DNA from: Pseudomonadota bacterium
GTDB lineage: Bacteria; Pseudomonadota; Gammaproteobacteria; Pseudomonadales; Azotimanducaceae
Direction of reading: 5' to 3'
Assembly (NCBI GenBank): GCA_039029135.1
Contig: JBCCGT010000002.1
Coordinates: 86,714 to 150,713 of the forward strand
DNA: 64,000 bases
Shown here: positions 56,544 through 64,000 of the stretch, in pieces
Numbering within the stretch: the stretch's first letter is position 1
How the letters are laid out: every line of letters starts with the position of its first letter
The notes under the pieces: model-generated
What the model saw: the letters and a program-made list of their open reading frames with translations, nothing else
What the model was told of the DNA's origin: nothing
The model's database searches: none
Translations under genes and position numbers: made by a program

Positions 56544-58147
56544 ACGGCGCGTTCCGTCAGTCGATGACCTGGCTGCACACCTGGTCCGGCATCGTCGTGG
56601 TTTGGCTGCTGTACTTCATGTTTGTGACCGGCACCATCGGCTACTTCGACGACGAGGTCGACCGCTGGATGAAGCCCGAGCAGGGACCGTCCGCGCAAAT
56701 GCCGATCGAAGCGGGCTTGGAGGCGGCCCAGACGCGGCTCGAGGACATCGCCGCCGGCGCCGACCGCTGGTTCATCTATCCGACCATCAAGCGCAGCAAT
56801 CCGCACCTCTCGACGTTCTGGCAGATGCCCACGGTGGAGGGCGAGGACGTCGTGCGCGGCGACGAGGAGCTGGATCCGACAACCGCGCAGCCCTTCACGC
56901 CTGCCGCGCGCGACACCGGCGGCGGCCAGGTGCTGTACCGCATGCACTATCTGCTGCACTACCTGCCGGGTCGCAGCGGCTACTACATCATGGCGATCGT
57001 GACGATGTTCATGTTCGTCGGCCTGATGACCGGCGTGGTCGCCCACAAGAAGATCTTCAAGGACTTCTTCACCTTCCGCTGGGCGCGGGGGCAGCGTAGC
57101 TGGCTCGACCTTCACAACCTGGCGTCCGTGGCCACCCTGCCCTTCCAGTTCATGATCACCTACAGCGGCCTGCTGTTTACGCTGGCGCTGTTCTGGATGC
57201 CGTTCGTGGTACTGGGCGGCTACGGCTTCGACATCAAACGCATCTCTGCGCTCGCGATCGAATTTCAGGGCCAGCAGGCCGAGCGCTCCGGCGACGCCGT
57301 GCCCCTCGTGCGGCTTGCGACGCTCGCGCAGCAGATCGAGGCGGACTGGGGTCCCAACCAGATCGCCTTCGTGCGCGTCGAGTACCCGGGCGATGCGAAT
57401 GCCCGGGTCACGTTCCAGCGCGAGACGACGGGGCGCACGAGCGCAGAGTCCGTCCTGTTCGACGGCGCGAGCGGCGAGCGCCTGACCAAGCCGGCCGGCG
57501 GACTCGACTTCGACGCCAACCCTGCGTTCGGCTTTGCGGGCGTCATGTTCAGCCTGCATGAGGGCCAGTTCGCCGATACCGTGCTGCGCTGGGTGTACTT
57601 TCTGTCCGGCTTGCTCGGCACCATCATGATCGGCACCGGGGCGATCTACTGGGTCGAAAAACGCCGCCCCCGACGCGCCGGCGATCCAACCAAGTGGAGC
57701 TTTCGCGCCGTGGAGCGCGCCAACGTCGCGGTCATCGCGGGTCTCATCGGCGCGGTTGGCGTCTATCTGTGGGCGAATCGGCTGCTGCCGGTCGGCCTGG
57801 CGGAGCGCGCCGACTGGGAGGTCCACTGCATGTTCCTCGCCTGGCTTGCGTTCTTCGCGCACGCGGCGCTGCGCAGGGCGCCGGTTGCCTGGATCGAGCA
57901 GTGCACGGCCGTTGGGCTGATCTTCCTGGCCGTGCCGATCGTCAATGGACTCACCACGTCGGCGCATCTGGGTAACAGCATCGCCGCGGGCGACTGGGTG
58001 CTGGCCGGCGTGGATCTGACGGCCATCGCCACCGGCCTGATTGCGCTCGGCATCGCCCACGCGATGCGCGCCAGGCGGTCGCGCCTTGATGCGATCGACG
58101 TGCCCGCGCTGGACGGCGGCGATGCCCAGCCGCAGCTCGGCGGCTGA
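56540..58147 (+). CDS. PepSY-associated TM-helix protein (PiuB-like iron-regulated membrane protein)
   Basis: ATGA start/stop overlap at 56540. The N-terminus MNGAFRQSMTWLHTWSGIVVVWLLYFMFVTGTIGYF is the canonical PiuB start. 535 aa with multiple TM segments. Confidence 0.8.
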   Translation: MNGAFRQSMTWLHTWSGIVVVWLLYFMFVTGTIGYFDDEVDRWMKPEQGPSAQMPIEAGLEAAQTRLEDIAAGADRWFIYPTIKRSNPHLSTFWQMPTVEGEDVVRGDEELDPTTAQPFTPAARDTGGGQVLYRMHYLLHYLPGRSGYYIMAIVTMFMFVGLMTGVVAHKKIFKDFFTFRWARGQRSWLDLHNLASVATLPFQFMITYSGLLFTLALFWMPFVVLGGYGFDIKRISALAIEFQGQQAERSGDAVPLVRLATLAQQIEADWGPNQIAFVRVEYPGDANARVTFQRETTGRTSAESVLFDGASGERLTKPAGGLDFDANPAFGFAGVMFSLHEGQFADTVLRWVYFLSGLLGTIMIGTGAIYWVEKRRPRRAGDPTKWSFRAVERANVAVIAGLIGAVGVYLWANRLLPVGLAERADWEVHCMFLAWLAFFAHAALRRAPVAWIEQCTAVGLIFLAVPIVNGLTTSAHLGNSIAAGDWVLAGVDLTAIATGLIALGIAHAMRARRSRLDAIDVPALDGGDAQPQLGG

Positions 58148-58197
58148 TTCAACGCGCTCGCCGCCCCGACGATCTCAACGGCCACCCAAAAGACCAT

Positions 58198-58473
58198 ATG
58201 GGAGAACTCGGATTGATCGGCCTGCTGCTGTTCGCGAACGCGACCCTGTGTTTCTCGATGCGTCGACACCAGCGGCTGGTGTTCAAGGAGCTGCTGGCGC
58301 GCCGGGTCGAGCTCGCGCTGCGCGGCCTGGGGTTTGCGCTGCTCGCCGTCGCCGCCTGGGGCTTCGTCGCGCGCGACGGGGCGATGGTCGGACTGGCCGC
58401 GTTCGTCGGCTGGTTCACCCTGTGCATGCTGGTTGCCGCCGGTACCGTCACCGCGCTATCGACGCAGCGTTAA
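58198..58473 (+). CDS. DUF3325-like small membrane protein
   Basis: 91 aa with three TM helices. It directly follows a PiuB-like gene, the usual DUF3325 context. Confidence 0.5.
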   Translation: MGELGLIGLLLFANATLCFSMRRHQRLVFKELLARRVELALRGLGFALLAVAAWGFVARDGAMVGLAAFVGWFTLCMLVAAGTVTALSTQR

Positions 58474-58486
58474 CGCGCCTTCCGCT

Positions 58487-58873
58487 ATGCTTGGTGTCCC
58501 TCGCAGCCGACAGGTGACGCCCCAGCCGATGCCGCGCCGTCCAAGCAACGATTTCGATCGCTATCACGCCCACGTGTACTACGACGCGGCTTCCGAGGCC
58601 GCCGCCCGCGCGCTGTGCATCGGCGCCTGGCAGCACGCGCAGATCGCGCTCGGCCGGTTCCACCGCAAGCCGGTCGGCCCACATCCCGAGTGGAGCTGCC
58701 AGCTCAGCTTCGACGCCGACGAGTTCGACCGCGTCGTTCCCTGGCTCGACGCGCATCGCGGCGATCTCAGCCTGCTGGTGCATCCAATAACGGGGGATGC
58801 GCTCGCGGAACACAGCACCCACGCGAGTTGGCTCGGCGAGTCTGTGCCCATGAATCTGGACATCTTCAGGTGA
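58487..58873 (+). CDS. DOPA 4,5-dioxygenase (DODA) family protein
   Basis: YHAHVYYDA...GRFHRKPVGPHP...LSLLVHPITG matches the bacterial DODA-family pattern. The ATG at 58529 is an alternative start. Confidence 0.65.
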   Translation: MLGVPRSRQVTPQPMPRRPSNDFDRYHAHVYYDAASEAAARALCIGAWQHAQIALGRFHRKPVGPHPEWSCQLSFDADEFDRVVPWLDAHRGDLSLLVHPITGDALAEHSTHASWLGESVPMNLDIFR

Positions 58874-58907
58874 GCGCCATGCGCAAACTGTCCGTTACCA
58901 AGCCAAT

Positions 58908-59588
58908 ATGCTGAAGCTGTTCGTCGATCTCTTTACCGCGCCCGGTGCGGCATTTGCGACGCTGAAGGCCAAGCCGGGCTTCCTGCTGCCGCTGCTGCTG
59001 CTCGTCGCCGCCGCGGTCGGGCTGAACGCGGCCTACTTCGCTTTGGTGGATCCGGAGTTTCTGGTCGAAGACATTCTGCAGCGCGCCGGCGACGACATCA
59101 CCGCCGAGGAGGAGCGCGGCATTCGCGAGTTTGCGAACGCAGAGGGCCGCGGGGGCCGCTGGCTGCCGACCATCGGCGGCGGCTTCTTTTTCATCGTGAT
59201 CCTGCTCGTACACGCGACCTACTACAGCCTCGTCTCCATGGCGCGCGGCCACCAGATTCGTTTCCGCCAGTGGTTCGCGTTTGTTTCGTGGAGCTATCTG
59301 CCGAGCCTGCTCGCGCTGCTCGCCGGGGCCATCGCGCTAGCCATCGCGCCGGGCTTTGAGCTCAGCCTCAACGACCTCAATCCACTGTCGATCGCGAATC
59401 TGTTGAATGTCGACGGCCTCAGCGGCAACGCGCGCGTGCTGCAGCAGATCGACGTGACCCAGCTATGGACGCTGTGCCTGCTGGCCCTGGGCTACCGCGC
59501 CTGGACGGGCGCGCGCTGGGCCGTCAGCCTCCTGGTTGCGCTGGTGCCCTTCATTGTTGCCTACAGCCTGCCGCTGCTCTTTGCCTGA
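58908..59588 (+). CDS. Yip1-family integral membrane protein
   Basis: 226 aa with five hydrophobic segments. The N-terminus MLKLFVDLFTAPGAAFATLKAKPGF is typical of the bacterial YIP1 family. Confidence 0.55.
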   Translation: MLKLFVDLFTAPGAAFATLKAKPGFLLPLLLLVAAAVGLNAAYFALVDPEFLVEDILQRAGDDITAEEERGIREFANAEGRGGRWLPTIGGGFFFIVILLVHATYYSLVSMARGHQIRFRQWFAFVSWSYLPSLLALLAGAIALAIAPGFELSLNDLNPLSIANLLNVDGLSGNARVLQQIDVTQLWTLCLLALGYRAWTGARWAVSLLVALVPFIVAYSLPLLFA

Positions 59589-59600
59589 CGAGGTATCCCG

Positions 59601-60767
59601 GTGAACGCACGCGCCCTCATTCTGCTGCTCATCGTTCTGGCCGTCGTCGCGGTCCCCTTCATCACCCGCGACGGCAGCGGCCGCGGCGCGTTTGTACAGC
59701 TCGCCAACCCGGACATGCGCACCATCCGCACGTCGATCCTCGCGTCCGGCAGCCTCGCGCACGCCAACGAGGTCACGCTGACCGCCGAGGTCATCGGCCG
59801 GGTCGAAGCGGTGTACGTCGAAGAAGGCGACGTCGTCGAGACCGGCAAGCTGCTGCTGCAGATCGACGACGAGGCGCTGGCGGCTCAGGTCGCGCAGAGC
59901 GAGGCGTCCGTGCGCATGCAGGCAATCGACATCGAGCGCACAGAGCTGCGGGTGAAAAACCTGCGCCGACGTCTGGAGCGTGCAGAAGCGCTGAAGGAGC
60001 GACAGCTGCTCGACGAGGGCGCGTTCGAGGACGCGGAGCTCGAATATCAGGTGGCCGAGGTCGACCTGCGCTCGGCGCGCGAGCGTCTGCTGCAGACCCA
60101 GGCCGCGCTGCAGCAGTTCGAGGACCAGCGCGACAAGACCCGCGTGCGCGCGCCGATCTCCGGCGTGGTGACCTCGCTCGACATCGAACTCGGCGAGACC
60201 GCGGTGTCGAGCACGACGAACATCCCGGGCAGCGGCCTGATGACCATCGCCGACCCGAGCAACATCATCACAGAGGTCTACATCGACGAGGCGGACGTTG
60301 CGGACATCGCGCTCGGCCAGCAGGCCGAGATTGTCGCAATCGCATACCCGAACCAGCCGCTGACCGGACGCGTGCAGTTCATCGCCAATACGGCGAAGCA
60401 CGCGCCACATCGCTCGGGCCTGTCTTTCCTGGTGCGCATCAACATCACCGACACCAACGGCATCGAGCTGCGCCCGGGCATGTCCTGTCGCGCCGCGATC
60501 TACACGCGCGGCGAGGACGAGATGCTCGCCGTGCCCGTGCAGGCCGTGATCACCGAGGAAGATCCCGAGACGCGGCGACCGCGCCAGTTCGTATGGGTCA
60601 TGCGGGACGGCGAGGCGCACAAACTCAGCGTCGACACCGGACTGTCTGATGACGCCTATCAGGAGATCGCGACCGGGCTGGATCCGATCGACGAGGTGAT
60701 CATCGGTCCCGGCCGCGTGCTGCGCCGCCTGCGCGAGGGCGACCCCGTGCAGCCCGAGCAGTCTTGA
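59601..60767 (+). CDS. MacA-like periplasmic adaptor (HlyD family)
   Basis: GTG start; TM anchor, coiled-coil hairpin and [16 protein letters not shown] lipoyl motif. Precedes a MacB-type ATPase and permease. Confidence 0.8.
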   Translation: MNARALILLLIVLAVVAVPFITRDGSGRGAFVQLANPDMRTIRTSILASGSLAHANEVTLTAEVIGRVEAVYVEEGDVVETGKLLLQIDDEALAAQVAQSEASVRMQAIDIERTELRVKNLRRRLERAEALKERQLLDEGAFEDAELEYQVAEVDLRSARERLLQTQAALQQFEDQRDKTRVRAPISGVVTSLDIELGETAVSSTTNIPGSGLMTIADPSNIITEVYIDEADVADIALGQQAEIVAIAYPNQPLTGRVQFIANTAKHAPHRSGLSFLVRINITDTNGIELRPGMSCRAAIYTRGEDEMLAVPVQAVITEEDPETRRPRQFVWVMRDGEAHKLSVDTGLSDDAYQEIATGLDPIDEVIIGPGRVLRRLREGDPVQPEQS

Positions 60768-61474
60768 GCGTGGCCGCGCTGATCCAGATGCGCGGTATCG
60801 AGAAGCGCTACGAGCTGGGCGATGAGACCGTCACCGCCCTGGCGGGCGTCGACCTCAACATCGAGCGCAACGAGTACGTGGCCATCGTCGGTTCGTCGGG
60901 TTCGGGTAAATCCACCCTGATGAACATCCTGGGCTGCCTGGATCAGCCCACCGCCGGGCACTATCAGCTCAACGGCGCGGACGTGGAGCGGCTGGTCGAC
61001 GATCAGCTCGCCGACATCCGCAATCGCGAGATCGGCTTCGTCTTCCAGAGCTTCAATCTGCTCAGCCGCGCATCGGCGCTGAACAACGTGGTCCAACCGC
61101 TGATCTATCGCGGCGAGTCCGTCACAGCGCGCCGCGCGCGGGCCGCCGAGGCGCTGGACCGGGTGGGGCTTGCGAACCGCGCGGACCATCTACCCAATCA
61201 GCTATCCGGCGGCCAGCGCCAGCGCGTCGCCATCGCGCGGGCGCTGGTGACCGAGCCGTCGATCCTGCTGGCGGACGAACCCACCGGCAATTTGGACTCC
61301 GAGACCACCGCCAACGTCATGGCACTCTTCGAGGAGCTGCATGCAGAGGGTCAGACCCTCGTCATCGTGACCCACGAACCCGACATTGCGGCGCGCGCGC
61401 GGCGCGTCGTGACGCTGTTCGACGGCGCGGTGCACTCGGACTCGCGGACCGTCGCCGAGGCCGCGCCGGCGTGA
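60764..61474 (+). CDS. ABC transporter ATP-binding protein (MacB/LolD type)
   Basis: Walker [13 protein letters not shown], signature [14 protein letters not shown], Walker [13 protein letters not shown]. Confidence 0.9.
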   Translation: MSVAALIQMRGIEKRYELGDETVTALAGVDLNIERNEYVAIVGSSGSGKSTLMNILGCLDQPTAGHYQLNGADVERLVDDQLADIRNREIGFVFQSFNLLSRASALNNVVQPLIYRGESVTARRARAAEALDRVGLANRADHLPNQLSGGQRQRVAIARALVTEPSILLADEPTGNLDSETTANVMALFEELHAEGQTLVIVTHEPDIAARARRVVTLFDGAVHSDSRTVAEAAPA

Positions 61475-62697
61475 TCGGCGCGATCATCGAAGCCGGCCGC
61501 GCCGCCTGGCAGTCGATCGTCGCCCACGGCTTTCGCAGCCTGCTGACCATGCTCGGCATCATCATCGGCGTGGCGTCCGTGATCGCGGTGATCTCGCTCG
61601 TGCAGGGCCTGCGCGAATCCATCACGGCAGAGTTTCAGTCGCTCGGCTCGAATGCGCTGACCGTGCGCTCGTACACCCCCTTCAAGCGGCGCCTCGAGGG
61701 CCAGGTGTCGCGGATCACCGTCGACGACTATCAGCTCATCGTCGATCGGGTCAGCGACGTGGAGACCATTACGCCCGTGCTGTTCTCGGAAGGCGCGGCC
61801 GGCGAGCTGAGCTGGGGCAGCCAGACCACCTTCAGCCAGGTGCAAGGCACGACCCACAGCTTTCAGGACGTCGCCAATCTATACGCGGCCCGCGGCCGCT
61901 TCCTGTCGCCGGCGGACAACTCGACGCGCAGACGCGTCGCGGTGCTCGGACCGCAGGTTGTGGAAGATCTGGAGATGACGCAGCCGGTCGGCGAGTTCCT
62001 GACGATCGGCGGCGAATGGATCAAGGTGGTCGGGGTCATGGAAGCGCGCGGCGAGCTGTTCGGCCGCAGCCAGGACGACTATGTGCTGCTGCCGTTCGAG
62101 ACGATGCGCAGCATGAACGGCGTCCAGGTCGAGCCCGACATCGTCATGCAGCTCGCGGTGGCGTCGAGCGAGGCGATGGGCGACGTCACGAACCAAATCC
62201 GCGCCTATCTGCGCAAGTCGCACAACCTGGCGCCGACGGCGGACGACGACTTCCGCATCCAGACGCCAGAACAGATCGCCGAGTCGCTGGATCAGATCAT
62301 CAACACGGTAACCGTCATCATCGGCGGCATCGTCGCGATCTCCCTCTTGGTCGGCGGCATCGGCATCATGAACATCATGCTGGTATCGGTGACCGAACGG
62401 ACTCGAGAGATCGGCATCTGCAAGGCGCTGGGCGCTCGCCGCCGGGACATCCTGCTGCAGTTTCTGATCGAGGCCCTGCTGCTGTCGCTGCTCGGCGGCG
62501 TGCTGGGCTTGCTGCTCGGCTACGGCCTCGGTGCGCTGGTGGCGTCGCTGGTACCCAACTTCCCGCCGGCCACCGTGCCGCTGTGGGCCATCGCGCTGGC
62601 GCTGGGATTTTCCGGCGCCATCGGCGTGCTGTTCGGTCTCTTACCCGCCTCAAAGGCCGCAGACTTGAATCCGATCGACGCGCTGCGCTATGAGTAG
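61471..62697 (+). CDS. ABC transporter permease (MacB-like: periplasmic core domain plus FtsX domain)
   Basis: GTGA start/stop overlap. One N-terminal TM, a large periplasmic domain, and the C-terminal FtsX motif [19 protein letters not shown]. Confidence 0.85.
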   Translation: MIGAIIEAGRAAWQSIVAHGFRSLLTMLGIIIGVASVIAVISLVQGLRESITAEFQSLGSNALTVRSYTPFKRRLEGQVSRITVDDYQLIVDRVSDVETITPVLFSEGAAGELSWGSQTTFSQVQGTTHSFQDVANLYAARGRFLSPADNSTRRRVAVLGPQVVEDLEMTQPVGEFLTIGGEWIKVVGVMEARGELFGRSQDDYVLLPFETMRSMNGVQVEPDIVMQLAVASSEAMGDVTNQIRAYLRKSHNLAPTADDDFRIQTPEQIAESLDQIINTVTVIIGGIVAISLLVGGIGIMNIMLVSVTERTREIGICKALGARRRDILLQFLIEALLLSLLGGVLGLLLGYGLGALVASLVPNFPPATVPLWAIALALGFSGAIGVLFGLLPASKAADLNPIDALRYE

Positions 62698-62743
62698 TCG
62701 AGACGAATAACGATCAGCGCACAGCGGACGCGGGGGCACCAAC

Positions 62744-63481
62744 ATGGATCACAGCGACGATCAGGGCTACGTCTATCTGGCGGCCGGTCTGTTCAACCTC
62801 GGCACCAACTTTCAGAACGCCTATATCGCGAACCGGCTGGAGGAGCACGGCTATCGATGCTTCCTGCCGCAGCGGGACGGTTTCGAGGTCGCGCGCTTCG
62901 TCGAGTTCCTGCAGCAGGCCAAGGACAACGACGCGACCCGGCGCTACGCCTCGGAGATCGCTCACTTCGTTCCCTACTATCTGGATCTGGGCTACTTCCT
63001 GAGCCGCTCGATCGCGGTCGTCGCGTCCCTCGACGATCCGCTCGACAGCGGGATGATCGTCGAGATCAGCTATGCCCGGCTCAGCAATCTTCCCGTGATC
63101 GGCTTTCGCTCGGACATCCGCTCGCCGCTCGGCAACGTCAGCGAAGAGATCGCCATCAACCCGTTCCCGGTGCGCCAGTGCGACGTCTACATCAAGGCGG
63201 CGACCCCCACCGGGGACCTCGCGAGCGTCTACCGCGCCACCGACGCGTTCGTCGAGACCATCGAGAGCGAGCTACGCGCGCGGGTGCCCCTGAAGCACAA
63301 CCGCATGGCAACTAGCGACAATCCCGTCCTGCAGGACATCGTCAAGGGTGCCGCGATCCTGTTCGACGGCCTGTCCCGCCCCTTCGGGACCGACGCGATG
63401 CGCGAAATCGCGAACCGCTACGTCCAGCACAAGGACTTCTTTGACGCCCAACAGCCGAAGTTTTTGGCGATCAACACCTAG
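62744..63481 (+). CDS. nucleoside 2-deoxyribosyltransferase-like domain protein with a C-terminal extension of about 90 aa of unknown function
   Basis: VYLAAGLFN near the N-terminus and DDPLDSGMIVEISYARLSNLPVIG resemble the NDT/Rcl fold motifs (YLAGPLF ... DxGTxxEiGyA). Confidence 0.5.
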   Translation: MDHSDDQGYVYLAAGLFNLGTNFQNAYIANRLEEHGYRCFLPQRDGFEVARFVEFLQQAKDNDATRRYASEIAHFVPYYLDLGYFLSRSIAVVASLDDPLDSGMIVEISYARLSNLPVIGFRSDIRSPLGNVSEEIAINPFPVRQCDVYIKAATPTGDLASVYRATDAFVETIESELRARVPLKHNRMATSDNPVLQDIVKGAAILFDGLSRPFGTDAMREIANRYVQHKDFFDAQQPKFLAINT

Positions 63482-63523
63482 CTCTAGATCGGGCCGCACT
63501 AGTGTCCGACATTACCCTCTAAC

Positions 63524-63548
63524 CTAAATGATTGTGATTCCCATTTGC
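63524..63548. promoter_or_regulatory. Fur box upstream of the terminal TonB-dependent receptor
   Basis: cTAAATGATTGTGATTCCCATTTGc matches the consensus at 12 of 19 positions and shares the trailing CATTTG with the boxes at 30888, 36972 and 38794. Confidence 0.6.
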
Positions 63549-63594
63549 GATATTCCTGCTATGCTCGCGCGCCTTTCGCATCTGGGGATTTGTT

Positions 63595-64000
63595 GTGCAC
63601 TTACTTGCGAAAATCGGCTGCCATGGCGCCGTGGCAGCCGCGCTGCTGCCTTGGGCGCTGCCCGCCTTCGCCGCAGACAGCGAGCGTTCGGAGATCGAGG
63701 AAATCATCGTCGTCGGCACCAAGCAGGGTCTGTCCGTGCAGGACACCGTCAGCTCGGTGTCGGTCTACGACGAGGAACGCATGGCGCGCGAGGTGGTCTT
63801 CGAGCTGGACGACATCTTCCTGCGCTCGGCGAACGTCAGTTCCTCTGGCTTCACCGGCGGGCTGTCCATTCGCGGCGTCGCCCGCAACGGCGTCGGATTC
63901 TCGGGCAGCGGCAACACGTCGAACATCTACATCAACGGCGCGCCCATCTCCGACCAGGCGACAGGCGGCATTGAGAGCCTCTGGGACGTAGCCCAGGTGG
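63595..64000 (+). CDS. TonB-dependent receptor (N-terminal part; runs off the right edge)
   Basis: Hand translation from the GTG at 63595 (GGGGA 6 nt upstream) gives VHLLAKIGCHGAVAAALLPWALPAFAADSERSEIEEIIVVGTKQGLSVQDTVSSVSVYDEE...GLSIRGVARNG, a signal peptide plus TonB-box/plug motifs. Absent from the ORF track because there is no stop inside the window. Confidence 0.75.
   Translation, partial: MHLLAKIGCHGAVAAALLPWALPAFAADSERSEIEEIIVVGTKQGLSVQDTVSSVSVYDEERMAREVVFELDDIFLRSANVSSSGFTGGLSIRGVARNGVGFSGSGNTSNIYINGAPISDQATGGIESLWDVAQV

Noticed and set aside
56519-60620. Antisense ORFs 56519..58060 and 59463..60620
   Set aside because: They lie opposite the PiuB-like and MacA-like genes and contain no recognisable motifs.
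1-64000. Search for tRNA/rRNA genes, CRISPR arrays, IS elements or transposases, integrases, toxin-antitoxin pairs and known defence genes
   Set aside because: I saw none by eye on either strand. The only repeats found are the 17-bp and 11-bp tandem arrays and short hairpins. A covariance-model or HMM scan would be needed to exclude small RNAs.

Overview
High-GC (about 65%) chromosomal segment with gammaproteobacterial housekeeping synteny: yheU, ttcA, tesA/ybbA/ybbP, trhO, bolA, yaaA and lepB. I found no rRNA, tRNA, CRISPR array, transposase or prophage gene, and no recognisable defence system. The window splits into two parts. (A) 1-30.2 kb holds a cluster of secreted DUF11/cadherin-repeat proteins, an ArcA-like response regulator next to a 2171-aa Ser/Thr-kinase/AAA/GAF/PAS/hybrid histidine kinase, housekeeping genes, a GGDEF-EAL protein and an RND pump. 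(B) 30.2-64 kb is unusually dense in iron-starvation genes. At least six Fur-box-like AT-rich operators precede these units: an unknown secreted protein plus a siderophore-interacting reductase; a divergent fumC / nickel-SOD pair; a TonB-dependent receptor; a seven-gene TonB2-type energiser operon (DUF3450, TtpC-like, ExbB, ExbD, TonB, TPR, PepSY-TM) divergent from an EF-hand protein, an ApbE-DUF2271 fusion and an atypical receptor; a DUF3649/PepSY/DUF3325/DOPA-dioxygenase-like unit; and a second receptor at the window edge. The observations I rate highest are: (1) a Bcp/PrxQ lipoprotein gene whose peroxidatic Cys codon is an in-frame TGA, so a candidate selenoprotein; (2) a Fur-box-linked fumC/sodN iron-sparing module, in which sodN is translationally coupled to a small membrane protein whose predicted mature N-terminus is HHH (ATCUN-like Ni/Cu motif) and no SodX protease gene is adjacent; (3) the TonB2 / PepSY / ApbE-DUF2271 / EF-hand island, a candidate extracytoplasmic flavin-based iron-reduction system; (4) a second in-frame TGA, followed by a strong hairpin, in a flavodoxin-like gene. 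All functional calls come from motif recognition by eye in the supplied translations; no database search was run.
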